DNA of 59,279 nt, the filler included. It is 2 parts of 2 records of this genome, joined end to end, with 100 filler letters (N's around TTAATTAATTAA, not from the genome) between each part and the next. Parts side by side here need not be neighbours in the genome. Positions count along the whole stretch, not along the records: positions 1 to 27,408 come from DRR378314_2373; 1 more part is not named here. The stretch is one strand, 5' to 3'. This document shows positions 1 through 10,763 of this stretch, piece after piece. How positions within the stretch are numbered: position 1 is the first letter of the stretch; the number at the start of each line of letters is the position of its first letter. The notes beneath the pieces are model-generated. The model did no database searches. It was not told where the DNA came from and saw only the letters and a list, made by a program, of their open reading frames with translations. The translations under genes and the position numbers were made by a program.

Positions 1-726
1 CGGCATATCCGCCACCTCGTCAAAGAACACCACGCCGCCATGCGCCTGTTCCAGCAAACCCGGTTCGATCCCGCGCTCCGCGGTTTCCCGCCCGAACAGC
101 ATCTCTTCCATATTTTCCGGTTCCACCCCGGCACAGTTCACCGTCACAAAGGGCGCATCCGCACGGCCTGAATTGGCATGGATGTAGCGTGCGGCAACCT
201 CCTTGCCCGCCCCCGCTGGCCCGGTCAGCATCACGCGGCCATTGGATTTGGTGACCTTGTCCAGCTGGCTGACCAAAGCACGGAAGGCTGCCGATTGCCC
301 CATCATTTCCGCACTCGACGTGTCCCGCCGCTTGAGGCTCTGGTTCTCGCGGCGCAGGCGCGAAGTTTCCATGGCGCGGCGGATCACCACCAGCAACTGA
401 TCAATATTAAAGGGCTTTTCGATAAAGTCATAGGCCCCCTGCCGGATCGCAGCCACCGCAATCTCGATATTGCCATGGCCCGAAATAATCACCACCGGTA
501 CATCCGGGTTGTCACGTTTCACGGTTTTCAGAATATCGATCCCATCCATCCGGCTGTCCTTGAGCCAGATATCAAGGATCATCAATGCGGGTGGTTCGGT
601 GTTGATTGCAGCCATCGCATCATCCGAATTGCCGGCCAGACGGGTTGCAAACCCTTCGTCCTCCAGAATATCGGAAATCAATTCGCGAATATCGCGCTCA
701 TCATCGACGATCAGAATGTCACTCAT
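1..726 (-). CDS. ntrX: NtrX response regulator (runs off window start, 3'-truncated)
   Basis: Manual translation from ATG at 726: MSDILIVDDERDIRELISDILEDEGF...ILDIWL...GPAGAGKE...FFDEVADMP (REC + AAA+). Overlaps the ntrY stop. Not in the ORF track. Confidence 0.93.
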   Translation of the reverse strand, partial: MSDILIVDDERDIRELISDILEDEGFATRLAGNSDDAMAAINTEPPALMILDIWLKDSRMDGIDILKTVKRDNPDVPVVIISGHGNIEIAVAAIRQGAYDFIEKPFNIDQLLVVIRRAMETSRLRRENQSLKRRDTSSAEMMGQSAAFRALVSQLDKVTKSNGRVMLTGPAGAGKEVAARYIHANSGRADAPFVTVNCAGVEPENMEEMLFGRETAERGIEPGLLEQAHGGVVFFDEVADMP

Positions 727-2989
727 TTACTGTCTCCACTCGTTTTGCCTTTTTGGAGGCGTTATTTTCTTGTTTGGGGGATGGTGCCATTGGCAATGTG
801 ATCACTGCCATTGCACCAAAATGCGCCTGACCTTCAAAGACCGGCGCATTGTCGAGGGTCAGCGTGCCGCCGTGTTCCTCGATGATTTTCTTCACAATGG
901 GCAGACCAAGCCCGGTGCCTTCACTGCGGGTCGTCACATAGGGCTCAAACAACCGCGCGCGGTCTTCGGGCAGGCCGATACCATTGTCGGCAATGGTCAC
1001 GACCGCATTGCTGTCGCCCTGGCTCAGCGTGACCCGAATTTCGGGCTCCAACCCTTCGGGTGGATCGCTTTTTTTAAGGGTTTCAATCGCTTCCCCGGCG
1101 TTCTTAATCAGATTTGTCAAGGCTTGTGAAATCATGGTGGCGTCAACATCAGCCATCACAACAGCCTCTCCCATATCCGATTTGATCTTTACATCGGGCT
1201 GGCCTGATTGCTGCAAAAACACCGCATCGCGCACCAGCTGGGTCAGATCATGGGTCGAGGTTTCCGGCTCCGGCATCCGGGCAAATTTAGAGAATTCATC
1301 AACGATCCGGCGCAGATCGCCGGTCTGGCGGATGATTACCCCGGTCATCTGTTCAAGACTGTCACTGTCCGCGCCCAGCTTCGGGGCAAACTTGCGTTTG
1401 ATCCGTTCTGCCGACAGCTGGATCGGGGTCAACGGGTTCTTGATCTCATGGGCAATGCGGCGGGCAACATCCCCCCAGGCGGCCATGCGTTGGGCGCTGA
1501 CCAGATCGGTGACATCATCAAAGGCCACCACATATCCCTCCAACCGACCATCCTCAGAGCGCCGGGTTGCCATACGCACCAGCAGGTTTTCCATCGCCCC
1601 CTGCCGCGACACTTTGATCTCGTCCTGTGCCACGTCCCCCGGTTTGGTAGAGATGGTGTCGAACAATGGCCCGAACTCGGGCACAGCCACACTCAGCGCC
1701 ACTGACTGCTGATCTTCGGACCAATCCAAAAGGCGCATTGCAGAGCGGTTCACAAAGGTCACCCGCCCCTCGGGGTCCAGCCCAACCACACCAGAGGTCA
1801 CAGAACTAAGAACCGAATCAAACAAACGGCGGCGGCGTTCAATCTGGCGCGTGTTGTCGAGCAGGGTCTCGCGCTGCCCCTGCAATTGCTTGGTCATCTG
1901 GTTGAAATACCGGCCCAGCATGGCGATTTCGTCATCGCCGTCTTCTTCGCGCACCTGCACATTTAAATTGCCCGCCCCAACCTGTTGCGCTGCGCCGGTC
2001 AGCCGCCCGACCGGCCCGGACAGCCGCTCAGCAAACCACAGGCCCAACCAGACGGCAGCAAGGATCAGGATCACGGCAAAGCCCAGATACAGCAGGCCAA
2101 ATTCGAACAGCAACCGCCCACGGTCGGATTCCAGCTGTTGATAAAGCCGCACGGTTTCGGTGGTTTCATCCAGCAAGGACAGGATTTTGCCATCCACATC
2201 GCGGCTGACGTAAAGAAACCGATCCACAAATGATTGCATCGGCACCAGCGCACGAAATTCGTTGTTGGGCCAATCCTCGATCACCAACAACCCCTCTTCG
2301 GTTGCGGTGACCAGTTGTTCCGGGCTGGGCTCTTCGAAATCAAACAGATAGGACCGGTCGCCGCGCGCGCGAATCTGTGCGGTGCCGTCGATCAGATAGG
2401 CCTCGCGCAGGCCACGTTGGATCTGGCGCTGACTTTCGCCCAGAATCTGGCTGTCGCTCAGGCTAATCCCCTGATTACGTGCATTATCTATCGTGCGGGC
2501 AAGGACACGGGCATCCGCAATCAGATCTTCGCGTTGCTCTGCCTCATAGGCTTGGGCGGCCGCCAGCGAAGATCCGACAACACCGCGCACGCGATCCGAA
2601 AACCATCCCTCCAACCCCACGTTCACCGTCAGCCCGGCAAATACCGCCACAGTTACAGTTGGGATCAGCGCCATCAGGGCAAATACCCCGGTCAGCCGCA
2701 GATGCAGCCGCGACCCGGCGGATTTGGCCCGCCGCGCGGCGATCAGCCGGGCCACCTGCGACAGCACAAGAGCAGCGATCAACAGGACATAAACCAGATC
2801 AGTCAACAGCACCAAACGCAGCGACAGCGTATTGGCCCCCTGCCCCAGCGGCCCCAGCACAAGATAGGTCGCCATGGCCAGAACCGGCCCCAGCACCACC
2901 AACCCCAGCGTGGACAGATTGCGCACACGTTTCATGCGCCGCAAACGGCCCAGACGTTCCAGATTGAATTTATGTGACCGGGTTGCCAC
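719..2989 (-). CDS. ntrY: NtrY sensor histidine kinase (TM-HAMP-PAS-HisKA-HATPase)
   Basis: WGDVARRIAHEIKNPLTPIQLSAER H-box, GTGLGL G-box; lies between ntrC and ntrX. Confidence 0.95.
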   Translation of the reverse strand: MATRSHKFNLERLGRLRRMKRVRNLSTLGLVVLGPVLAMATYLVLGPLGQGANTLSLRLVLLTDLVYVLLIAALVLSQVARLIAARRAKSAGSRLHLRLTGVFALMALIPTVTVAVFAGLTVNVGLEGWFSDRVRGVVGSSLAAAQAYEAEQREDLIADARVLARTIDNARNQGISLSDSQILGESQRQIQRGLREAYLIDGTAQIRARGDRSYLFDFEEPSPEQLVTATEEGLLVIEDWPNNEFRALVPMQSFVDRFLYVSRDVDGKILSLLDETTETVRLYQQLESDRGRLLFEFGLLYLGFAVILILAAVWLGLWFAERLSGPVGRLTGAAQQVGAGNLNVQVREEDGDDEIAMLGRYFNQMTKQLQGQRETLLDNTRQIERRRRLFDSVLSSVTSGVVGLDPEGRVTFVNRSAMRLLDWSEDQQSVALSVAVPEFGPLFDTISTKPGDVAQDEIKVSRQGAMENLLVRMATRRSEDGRLEGYVVAFDDVTDLVSAQRMAAWGDVARRIAHEIKNPLTPIQLSAERIKRKFAPKLGADSDSLEQMTGVIIRQTGDLRRIVDEFSKFARMPEPETSTHDLTQLVRDAVFLQQSGQPDVKIKSDMGEAVVMADVDATMISQALTNLIKNAGEAIETLKKSDPPEGLEPEIRVTLSQGDSNAVVTIADNGIGLPEDRARLFEPYVTTRSEGTGLGLPIVKKIIEEHGGTLTLDNAPVFEGQAHFGAMAVITLPMAPSPKQENNASKKAKRVETVNE

Positions 2990-3101
2990 CCGCTCTCCTC
3001 ACCGATGATGTGGTGCCCACACGCACCAACCGCCATATTCTGTGGTCCTAACCAATCTCAGCGCTTGGCTGATACCGGATGGCCACGGTTATGTGGCGCT
3101 T

Positions 3102-4472
3102 TTACATCATTTTGCGGCCTCTTGTCACCTCAATATCCAAATCAGTGATCTTTTTACGCAAGGTATTGCGGTTGATGCCCAGAAGATCGGCACATTTAGC
3201 CTGATTTCCCGAGGTCGCTGCGAGGGCAATTTCGATCAGCGGTGCTTCGATTTCGCGCAGGATCCGCGCATAGAGTCCCGGCGGCGGCAGCATTGCACCA
3301 TGTTGATCAAAGTAACGTCGTAAATGGCGTTCCACACTGGCCCCCAACCGTTCGGTATTGACCTGTGCATAGACCGGTTCCGTTGTTGGCTGCGCCCCCA
3401 GCACCTGCCGCGCCTCTTCAAGTGAAATTTCCGGCGCATGGCTGGTCAGGGCCAGCTGGCGCATCGCATGTTCCAATTGGCGCACATTGCCGGGCCATGA
3501 GTAGTTTGCGAACACCTTGCTGGCGCCTTCCGACAGAACCCGGCCAGAGGCAGTGCCGGAATCAGCGCGCGCCAGAAAATGCGCCGCCAGCAGATCAATA
3601 TCTTCGACACGGTCCCGCAGGGCCGGGACATGCACGGTTGCCCCGGACAGCCGGTAATAAAGGTCGCGACGCAGACTGCCCTGTTTCATCGCCTCGGCCA
3701 GATCGGATTGGCTGGTGGCAAGAAAACGCGGGGTATATTCCCCCGGTTCATCCATCATCCGCGCGATACGCGCCTGTGCTTCCAGCGGGATATCGGCAAT
3801 TTCGTCGATCAGCAATGTGCCGCCCCGCACCCGGGCCAGAACCCGCGCCGGGCCTTCAATGTCTTGCAGATCCGCCGCCGTTACCGTCACAAACGGCAGG
3901 GTACGCCGGTCAGAGAAATCATGTATTGCTTTGCCGATCAGTGATTTCCCGGAGCCGCTTTCGCCCCAGATCAACACGGGCAAATCGGTATTCATCACCC
4001 GCGCCACCAGCCGATAAAGCGCCTGCATCACCAACGTGCGGCCCACCAAAGGCAAATCATCCCGATCGCCATCGGTTGTTGGCTCCTGAACCGTGCGGCG
4101 GGTGCTGTCCTTACGATCCAATGCGCGCGCCGTGCGCTTCATCAAATCCGGCAGATCAAAGGGTTTGGGCAGGTAGTCAAAGGCTTCCGCCTCTGCCGCC
4201 TTGATTGCCGTCATGATGGTGTTCTGCGCCGAGATCACAATCACCGGCAATTCCGGGCGATCTGCAGAAATCTTGGGCAGCATCTCCAGTCCGTTGCCAT
4301 CGGGCATAGCCACATCGGTGATCACCGCATCGCCGCGCCCCTCTGCAACCCAGCGCATCAGCGTGGTCAGACTGGAAGTTGCATGCACCTTACACCCTGC
4401 CCGTGTCAGTGCCTGGGTCAGGACCGTGCGGATTGTGCGGTCATCATCTGCGACCAGTACCGTGCCATCCAT
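3102..4472 (-). CDS. ntrC: Nitrogen regulatory protein NtrC (REC-AAA+-Fis HTH)
   Basis: REC domain, GESGSGKS Walker [10 protein letters not shown]-terminal [15 protein letters not shown]; follows ntrB. Confidence 0.95.
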   Translation of the reverse strand: MDGTVLVADDDRTIRTVLTQALTRAGCKVHATSSLTTLMRWVAEGRGDAVITDVAMPDGNGLEMLPKISADRPELPVIVISAQNTIMTAIKAAEAEAFDYLPKPFDLPDLMKRTARALDRKDSTRRTVQEPTTDGDRDDLPLVGRTLVMQALYRLVARVMNTDLPVLIWGESGSGKSLIGKAIHDFSDRRTLPFVTVTAADLQDIEGPARVLARVRGGTLLIDEIADIPLEAQARIARMMDEPGEYTPRFLATSQSDLAEAMKQGSLRRDLYYRLSGATVHVPALRDRVEDIDLLAAHFLARADSGTASGRVLSEGASKVFANYSWPGNVRQLEHAMRQLALTSHAPEISLEEARQVLGAQPTTEPVYAQVNTERLGASVERHLRRYFDQHGAMLPPPGLYARILREIEAPLIEIALAATSGNQAKCADLLGINRNTLRKKITDLDIEVTRGRKMM

Positions 4473-4475
4473 CTA

Positions 4476-5561
4476 TCAACTCTCCTCTGAGGGGGTGTAA
4501 TCCGACGCATGCGCGCGCGGCAGTGACATGCGAAAAACGGTGCGCCCGGGAACGGAATCAACCGAAATCCAGCCGCCATGTTCGGAAATAATCTTGGACA
4601 CCAGCGCAAGGCCCAGACCGGTGCCGTTTTCACGGCCCGAGACAAAGGGATCGAAGATATCCCCCTTAATATGTTCTGGCAGGCCCGGCCCGTCATCAAT
4701 GATCTCGATCTGTAAGGGCAGCAAATGGCCCGAGCCATCCGCACGGCGCATGCGAAAGGAATGTTCGAAGTAGCTGTGCAGGCGAATGGTGCCGCCGTCC
4801 GGTCCCGCCGCCTCGGATGCGTTTTTCAACAAGTTCAGAACCACCTGCACCAATTGATCCTTGTCGCCTAGGGCCGCAGGCAATGAAGGGTCGTAATCTT
4901 CAACGATCTTCATCTGAGAGCCGAACCCCAAAAGCGCCGAACGCCGCGCACGGTCCAGCACATCATGCAGGTTCACCGGTTTGCGCACAGGGGCGGTCAG
5001 ATTGCCGAACTGCTCCACCTGCCCCAACAGGTTTACGATCCGGCGCGATTCCGCGACGATCAGATCGGTCAGCTCCAACTCATCCGCATCAAGGTTCATC
5101 GACAACAGCTGCGCCGCGCCGGTGATGCCCGCCAGCGGGTTCTTGATCTCATGGGCCAGCATTTCAGCCATCCCAATGGCCGATTTCGCTGCGGATTTCA
5201 CGGAATGGTTCTGCGTCATGCGCCCCGACAATTCACGCGGCGAGATCATCATCAGCATGTGGCGCGGCTGACCCTGTAGCGGGGCAATCTGAAGCGCAGA
5301 TTTCTGCGGTGCACGTTGACCGCTACCCACATCCACATCATTGACAAACAAGGCGGTGCTGCTGTCGCGGGCGCGTTCAAACGCGTCCTCCAGCGGGTAA
5401 TCCACCGCCACCAGATCCCAGACCGGCACCCCGATCACAGCCTTGGCAGAAGCATTGAAGAACCCTTCAGCAGCCGGATTGATATCGGCGATCATATCAT
5501 CAGGTGTGATCAACAAGGTCGGGATCGGGAGAGAGGCCCAGATTTGCAATTCTGTACTCAT
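4476..5561 (-). CDS. ntrB: Nitrogen regulation sensor kinase NtrB
   Basis: PAS, EMLAHEIKNPLAGITGAAQLL, GTGLGL; dusB-ntrB-ntrC order. Confidence 0.95.
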   Translation of the reverse strand: MSTELQIWASLPIPTLLITPDDMIADINPAAEGFFNASAKAVIGVPVWDLVAVDYPLEDAFERARDSSTALFVNDVDVGSGQRAPQKSALQIAPLQGQPRHMLMMISPRELSGRMTQNHSVKSAAKSAIGMAEMLAHEIKNPLAGITGAAQLLSMNLDADELELTDLIVAESRRIVNLLGQVEQFGNLTAPVRKPVNLHDVLDRARRSALLGFGSQMKIVEDYDPSLPAALGDKDQLVQVVLNLLKNASEAAGPDGGTIRLHSYFEHSFRMRRADGSGHLLPLQIEIIDDGPGLPEHIKGDIFDPFVSGRENGTGLGLALVSKIISEHGGWISVDSVPGRTVFRMSLPRAHASDYTPSEES

Positions 5562-6544
5562 GCGGCGACCTGCTCTGATCTGTAAAACATTGCCTGCGCG
5601 ATCAGGGTGCGAATTTCACCCGGATCAGCACAGGTCAGCACAGCGCGGCGCAGATCGGCAGGGGTATCACAGGTGTCCATATACCAGCCCAGATGTTTGC
5701 GCACGACCCGCGGGCCCAGCTTGGGACCATAGAACCGCTGGATATCGTCGTAATGTTCCAACACCATATCGCCAAAGGCTGCCCCCTGCGGGATCTGCGG
5801 CGCGGGTGTGCCATAAAGCGCATGTGCCACTTCAGCCAACAGCCATGGTTTGCCCTGTGCGCCCCGCCCGATCATCACGCCATCGGCCTGCGAATGGGCA
5901 AGTGCGGTACGTGCCGCAGCGGCAGACGTAATGTCACCATTAGCGATTACCGGGATCTGCACCGCATCCTTGACCCGCGCGATCGCCCGCCAATTGGCAT
6001 GGCCTTTGTAAAACTGACAGCGGGTGCGGCCATGGATGGTGATCATGCAGATGCCTGCCGCCTCGGCACGTTTGGCAATGATGGGTGCGTTCAACATCTC
6101 ATCATCCCACCCCAGACGGGTTTTGAGAGTCACCGGCACATCCACCGCATTCACCACCGCCTCGATCAGGCGCAGGGCGTGATCGGGTGTTTTCATCAGG
6201 GCCGACCCGGACAGCCCCTGTGTGACCTTCTTGGCAGGACAGCCCATATTGATGTCGATGATCCGCGCGCCCTGATCCGCAATCATCCGGGCGGCTTCCG
6301 CCATTGGGGCGGCCTCGCGTCCGGCAATCTGGACCGAGGTGCCTTCGATCCCGATGCCCAGCTCGGCCTTCTCGCGGGTGCCGGGGCTTTTGCTGAGCAG
6401 CTCATGGCTGGCGATCATTTCTGACACCACCAGCCCCGCGCCGAAGCGGGCCACCAGACTGCGTGTTGGCAGGTCGGTGATTCCGGCCATCGGGGCCAGC
6501 AATACAGGAGGTGTCAGGCCAAGAGGCAGAGCCAATGCGCTCAC
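5558..6544 (-). CDS. dusB: tRNA-dihydrouridine synthase DusB (NifR3); GTG start at 6544 preferred over ORF-track 6706
   Basis: LAPMAGITD, DINMGCP, HGRTRCQ, IANGDI motifs. Confidence 0.93.
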   Translation of the reverse strand: MSALALPLGLTPPVLLAPMAGITDLPTRSLVARFGAGLVVSEMIASHELLSKSPGTREKAELGIGIEGTSVQIAGREAAPMAEAARMIADQGARIIDINMGCPAKKVTQGLSGSALMKTPDHALRLIEAVVNAVDVPVTLKTRLGWDDEMLNAPIIAKRAEAAGICMITIHGRTRCQFYKGHANWRAIARVKDAVQIPVIANGDITSAAAARTALAHSQADGVMIGRGAQGKPWLLAEVAHALYGTPAPQIPQGAAFGDMVLEHYDDIQRFYGPKLGPRVVRKHLGWYMDTCDTPADLRRAVLTCADPGEIRTLIAQAMFYRSEQVAA

Positions 6545-6545
6545 G

Positions 6546-6562
6546 TGCTTAATCCTTGTGCA
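6546..6562. promoter_or_regulatory. NtrC-like binding site (TGCTT-N7-GTGCA)
   Basis: TGCTTAATCCTTGTGCA resembles TGCAC-N7-GTGCA, immediately upstream of dusB-ntrBC. Confidence 0.6.
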
Positions 6563-6638
6563 GTTGGGTCCGGTGTAGCCATATCGACGTCCAGCCACAA
6601 CAATTCCACGCCAATTTTCACCTTCAATGACGCAGAGT

Positions 6639-6655
6639 TGCACAAAAATTAGGCA
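6639..6655. promoter_or_regulatory. NtrC-like binding site (TGCAC-N7-AGGCA)
   Basis: TGCACAAAAATTAGGCA with AT-rich spacer, in the dusB/ispF divergent region. Confidence 0.65.
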
Positions 6656-6735
6656 CCCTATGCCGGTGATTGCGCGCCGCGCTGCCTTTGCATAGACAGA
6701 GTCCATAAATGCAATGGCCAGATCAGGGAACGCTC

Positions 6736-7215
6736 ATGGATATCCGCACCGGGAACGGCTTCGACGTGCATGCTTTGGACATCGGGGACCATGTGGTGCT
6801 CTGTGGCGTGAGGATTCCGCATGATCACGGGCTAAAGGGCCATTCGGATGCGGATGTGGGGATGCATGCGGTGACGGATGCGATTTATGGCGGCTTGGCG
6901 CGGGGTGACATCGGCCAACATTTTCCGCCCTCGGACCCGCAGTGGAAAGGTGCCGAAAGCCACATCTTCTTGCGCCACGCGGTCCAGCTGGCCACTGAAA
7001 TGGGCTTCACCCTCACCCATGTGGATTGCACATTGATTTGCGAACACCCCAAGATCGGACCACATGCTGCCGTGATGCGCGAAACCATGGCGGGGATTAT
7101 GGGCATGGAAATGGACCGCGTGTCGGTCAAGGCGACCACCTCGGAACAGCTGGGCTTTACCGGGCGCGGCGAAGGCATTGCGGCTTTGGCGACAGCAACA
7201 TTGGTGAAGACATGA
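6736..7215 (+). CDS. ispF: 2-C-methyl-D-erythritol 2,4-cyclodiphosphate synthase (stand-alone)
   Basis: [47 protein letters not shown]. No IspD domain upstream. Confidence 0.95.
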   Translation: MDIRTGNGFDVHALDIGDHVVLCGVRIPHDHGLKGHSDADVGMHAVTDAIYGGLARGDIGQHFPPSDPQWKGAESHIFLRHAVQLATEMGFTLTHVDCTLICEHPKIGPHAAVMRETMAGIMGMEMDRVSVKATTSEQLGFTGRGEGIAALATATLVKT

Positions 7216-7703
7216 AACTCGCACAGATCATTGGCACCGTTATGGGGGTGGGCCATATCCGCCCGGCACCGGGCACCTGGGGATCGCTGGTGGCGCTGCC
7301 TTGGGGCTGGCTGTTGCATGTGATTGGCGGCCTGCCCCTGCTGGTTCTGGCGATTGTTGTGGGGTTCTTCAAAGGCTGGTGGGCCACGGATAAGATGACC
7401 GCCGGGCAAGAGGATCACGACCCTTCAGAGATTGTAGTGGACGAGGTGATTGGCCAGTGGATCGCACTCCTGCCGCTCAGCTATGCGGCATGGTCGATGG
7501 AGATTTCGATCCTTGCCATGTGGCCCGGCTGGATCGCCGCATTTGCCCTGTTTCGCCTGTTTGACATCACCAAACTGGGGCCCATTGGTTGGGCCGACCG
7601 GATGAACACACCGCTGGGTGTGATGCTGGATGACGTGATCGCGGGGATCTTTGCCGCCCTTGGCGTGGTGGCGCTGGCAGCGCTGTATCACGGGGCTTTG
7701 TAA
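7212..7703 (+). CDS. pgpA: Phosphatidylglycerophosphatase A
   Basis: [40 protein letters not shown] overlap with ispF. Confidence 0.93.
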   Translation: MKLAQIIGTVMGVGHIRPAPGTWGSLVALPWGWLLHVIGGLPLLVLAIVVGFFKGWWATDKMTAGQEDHDPSEIVVDEVIGQWIALLPLSYAAWSMEISILAMWPGWIAAFALFRLFDITKLGPIGWADRMNTPLGVMLDDVIAGIFAALGVVALAALYHGAL

Positions 7704-8180
7704 ATGAGCCTGGCGGATCGCATCCTAGACCTGTGCCGCGCAAAAGATATGATGGTGACCTGTGCCGAAAGCTGTACGGGCGGCATGGTTGCCGCCGCGC
7801 TGACCGATGTGCCCGGATCATCTGCTGCACTGGAGCGTGGTTTTGTCACTTATTCGAATGCGGCCAAGATCGAAATGCTGGGCGTGTTACCACAGACGCT
7901 GGCCGCAGTAGGTGCGGTTTCCGAAGACGTCGCCATTGAAATGGCGAAAGGTGCGCTTGCCCGTTCACATGCACAGGTTTCCGTGTCGATCACCGGCATC
8001 GCGGGCCCCGGTGGATCGGAACACAAACCGGAAGGTCGTGTATGTTTCGCCGTTGCCACGCTAGCAGGCACATCCGTCGAAACACGGGAGTTCGGTGCCC
8101 CTGGTCGGGATGCGGTCCGCATCGCGGCCCGTGATCATGCCCTGTTGTTGCTGCTGGGCGCGATTGACAAACTGCCCTGA
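7704..8180 (+). CDS. cinA: CinA C-terminal domain protein (NMN deamidase PncC family)
   Basis: AESCTGG, GFVTYSNAAK, SITGIAGPGG. Confidence 0.9.
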   Translation: MSLADRILDLCRAKDMMVTCAESCTGGMVAAALTDVPGSSAALERGFVTYSNAAKIEMLGVLPQTLAAVGAVSEDVAIEMAKGALARSHAQVSVSITGIAGPGGSEHKPEGRVCFAVATLAGTSVETREFGAPGRDAVRIAARDHALLLLLGAIDKLP

Positions 8181-8263
8181 ATGCAGGCTTTGCCTGCAAA
8201 TTCCGCCTAAATATTCAGCTCTTTCATAAATGCCTATTTCTTATGGGTGGTATGGCTTTCACC

Positions 8264-8280
8264 TGCCTGAACATTAGGCA
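8264..8280. promoter_or_regulatory. NtrC-like binding site upstream of amtB
   Basis: TGCCTGAACATTAGGCA (TGCCT-N7-AGGCA), ending 43 nt before the amtB ATG. Confidence 0.6.
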
Positions 8281-8322
8281 ATCAAACCGGCACCAATTTC
8301 TAATCCTGAATGGAGCCACCCG

Positions 8323-9504
8323 ATGAACGCTGCCGATACAGCATGGATCATGACCGCCACAGCGCTGGTTTTATTGATGACTTTACCGGGGCTTGCCCTG
8401 TTTTATGGCGGGCTGGTGCGTGCGCGCAATGTGCTTAGTGTGTTCATGCATTGTTATGCCATTGCCTGCCTGATGTCGGTGCTGTGGTTTCTGCTTGGAT
8501 ATTCCATTGCTTTTGGTCCAGGCGAAAGCGGCCTTTGGGGTGGGTTCGGCAAGATCGGATTAAACGGCGTCACAGCGGACAGCCTTAGCGGCACCCTGCC
8601 CGAAATCCTGTTCTTCGCCTTTCAGATGACATTTGCCATCATCACCCCGGCGCTGATCGTGGGCTGTTATGTCGAACGGATCAGTTTCGGGTTTATGCTG
8701 CTGTTCTCCGGTCTTTGGATGCTGCTGTGCTACGCGCCGGTGGTGCATTGGGTCTGGGGCGGCGGTATGCTGGCTGATGGTGGTATCTTCGGCGAGGTCG
8801 GCGTACGTGATTTCGCCGGTGGCATTGTGGTGCATGAAACCGCCGGTCTGGCCGCCATTGTGCTGGCGGTGATGCTGGGTGCGCGCAAACATCAGACCAC
8901 ACCACCCCATAATCCCGGGCTGGTGATGATCGGTGCCGCATTCCTTTGGGTTGGCTGGTTTGGCTTTAATGGTGGATCACAGCTGGCGGCAGATGGTGGT
9001 GCGGCCATGGCGATCACCGTGACACATATTTCGGCCGCCACCGCATCGCTGACCTGGGCGCTGTGGGAACGGATCAAATTTGGCAAATCCTCGCTTGTGG
9101 GGATTGTGACCGGCACAATTGCAGGGCTTGCCTCGATCACGCCGGCCTCCGGTTTTGTCGGCCCCTGGGCGGCGCTGTTGATCGGGGCGGTGGCCGGTAT
9201 CCTATGTCAGGAGGCAGTTGTGTTGATGCGCAACAAGCTCAAGGTCGACGATACGCTTGATGTCTTTGCGGTGCATGGTGTGGGCGGTATTTTCGGCACC
9301 ATCATGATTGCCGCACTGGGTGCAGGGTCATGGGCGGCACAGCTGGGATCGCTGGCGATTGTCGGTGTGTTCACCATCGTGGTGACCGTGGCGCTGGTGT
9401 TGATCTGTCGCGCGGTTCTGCCGATACGCGTGGATCAGGAGACCGAGGTGAACGGGCTGGACCTGTCGGTCCATGGTGAACGCGCTTACGACATCACCAG
9501 TTGA
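8323..9504 (+). CDS. amtB: Ammonium transporter (Amt family), no adjacent glnK
   Basis: PGLALFYGGLVR, FQMTFAIITPAL, DFAGGIVVH, WFGFNGGS, DDTLDVFAVHGVGG. Confidence 0.93.
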   Translation: MNAADTAWIMTATALVLLMTLPGLALFYGGLVRARNVLSVFMHCYAIACLMSVLWFLLGYSIAFGPGESGLWGGFGKIGLNGVTADSLSGTLPEILFFAFQMTFAIITPALIVGCYVERISFGFMLLFSGLWMLLCYAPVVHWVWGGGMLADGGIFGEVGVRDFAGGIVVHETAGLAAIVLAVMLGARKHQTTPPHNPGLVMIGAAFLWVGWFGFNGGSQLAADGGAAMAITVTHISAATASLTWALWERIKFGKSSLVGIVTGTIAGLASITPASGFVGPWAALLIGAVAGILCQEAVVLMRNKLKVDDTLDVFAVHGVGGIFGTIMIAALGAGSWAAQLGSLAIVGVFTIVVTVALVLICRAVLPIRVDQETEVNGLDLSVHGERAYDITS

Positions 9505-10763
9505 TCAAGGAGGCCGCGCAGGGATTTGCCTTGCGCGGCACTCCACAGGGTGTGCGCACCTTCCCTGCCAAGCAATGCCGCCGCCTTGCCCCGCAGCTTT
9601 TGGGCCCGTGTTTCCAGAGCCATTGGTGTCATCAGATCATGACGCAGGTGTTCACTGCTGCCATCCACCCGGGTGACCAACACTTCGCTTTGTGTCTCAC
9701 TTAGCCGCGCATCTTCGCTGACCTGAACACGTTCACGCAGGTCAATGACAGTAACGTCCTGCGCCAATGCATCGGTGAAACTGCCAATCGCCCCGGTATC
9801 ATGGCCCAACAGGGACATCGCCGCAGTTTGACCATAGCTGAACTTGGCCGCCAGCCCGGTCTGCGGTGCGATGATGTTGCAGACAGACATCCAGCGCGGA
9901 TGGGTGCGGATATGGATTGCCTCAACCTGATCCGGCGCGGTCTCGCCATCGCGCAGCGCTTCCAACATCGCGTGAAGCCCGTGACAGCAGGCGTGAAATT
10001 TGTGGCTGATACTGTTGATGCGCCAGTCCGTAACCGGCAGCTCGACATCCACCGCCTGCCCGTGATGCGTCGGACCAAACCCCAACGGGCCCGCCAAACC
10101 ATCCTCTGCCGCTGTCATGCCCGCCCGCGCCCAAAGCGCGGCCTCAACCCCGCTGCGCGCGGCCAGACCAGCGTTCAGCGGTTTCGCCATAGTGCCAAAT
10201 TGGGCCTTGATACCCGATGCCATGCTGGCGCAGAGGCCAAGCGCATGGCGGATCTGTGTTGCGTTAAGCCCAAGCAAACGACAGGCCGCGACAGTCGCCC
10301 CAAACGCACCAGCAGTGGCGGTCTGGTGATAGCCAATCTGATAATGGTCCCGCCCCAGCCAGAGACCCACAGCGACAGAGGCTTCGACACCGATTGCCGC
10401 CGCCTCTGTCAACGCATCAAGGTCACAGGCCGTTTGCTCTGCCAAAGCCAGAACCGCAGGGATCACAGCAACCGACGGATGGCCGATATGGGCGAAATGC
10501 GTGTCGTCGTAATCCAGCGCATGGCTGAGCGTGCCATTGATCAAAGCGGCGGTTGGGGCAGAAGCGGTGGCACCGCCAAATGTGACATGCGGACCGGGAT
10601 GCATCGCCAGCTGTGCCTTCACAAAGCTGTCAAATTCCGTTTCCCGCGCCCCGGCTATCCCGCAGGCCGCCCAGTCAAACAGCGAAAGACGCATCATCGC
10701 AGCGGCATCAGACGGCACTGATATGCCAGTAAACTCTATCAGTTGGTCGGTGATACCGCTCAC
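9486..10763 (-). CDS. MmgE/PrpD family protein
   Basis: NGTLSHALDYDDTH, GHPS, KPLNAG, KFHACCH. Confidence 0.9.
   Translation of the reverse strand: MSGITDQLIEFTGISVPSDAAAMMRLSLFDWAACGIAGARETEFDSFVKAQLAMHPGPHVTFGGATASAPTAALINGTLSHALDYDDTHFAHIGHPSVAVIPAVLALAEQTACDLDALTEAAAIGVEASVAVGLWLGRDHYQIGYHQTATAGAFGATVAACRLLGLNATQIRHALGLCASMASGIKAQFGTMAKPLNAGLAARSGVEAALWARAGMTAAEDGLAGPLGFGPTHHGQAVDVELPVTDWRINSISHKFHACCHGLHAMLEALRDGETAPDQVEAIHIRTHPRWMSVCNIIAPQTGLAAKFSYGQTAAMSLLGHDTGAIGSFTDALAQDVTVIDLRERVQVSEDARLSETQSEVLVTRVDGSSEHLRHDLMTPMALETRAQKLRGKAAALLGREGAHTLWSAAQGKSLRGLLDQLVMS

Noticed and set aside
5558-6706. Extended N-termini in the ORF track (dusB, pgpA, hpt, guaA, parA, flavoproteins, LVIVD)
   Set aside because: The extensions overlap neighbouring genes or regulatory sites; downstream starts match family starts, RBS or stop-start coupling better.
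8288-8303. Sigma54 promoter before amtB (CGGCAC-N4-TTCT)
   Set aside because: The invariant -12 GC is missing and NtrC lacks GAFTGA.
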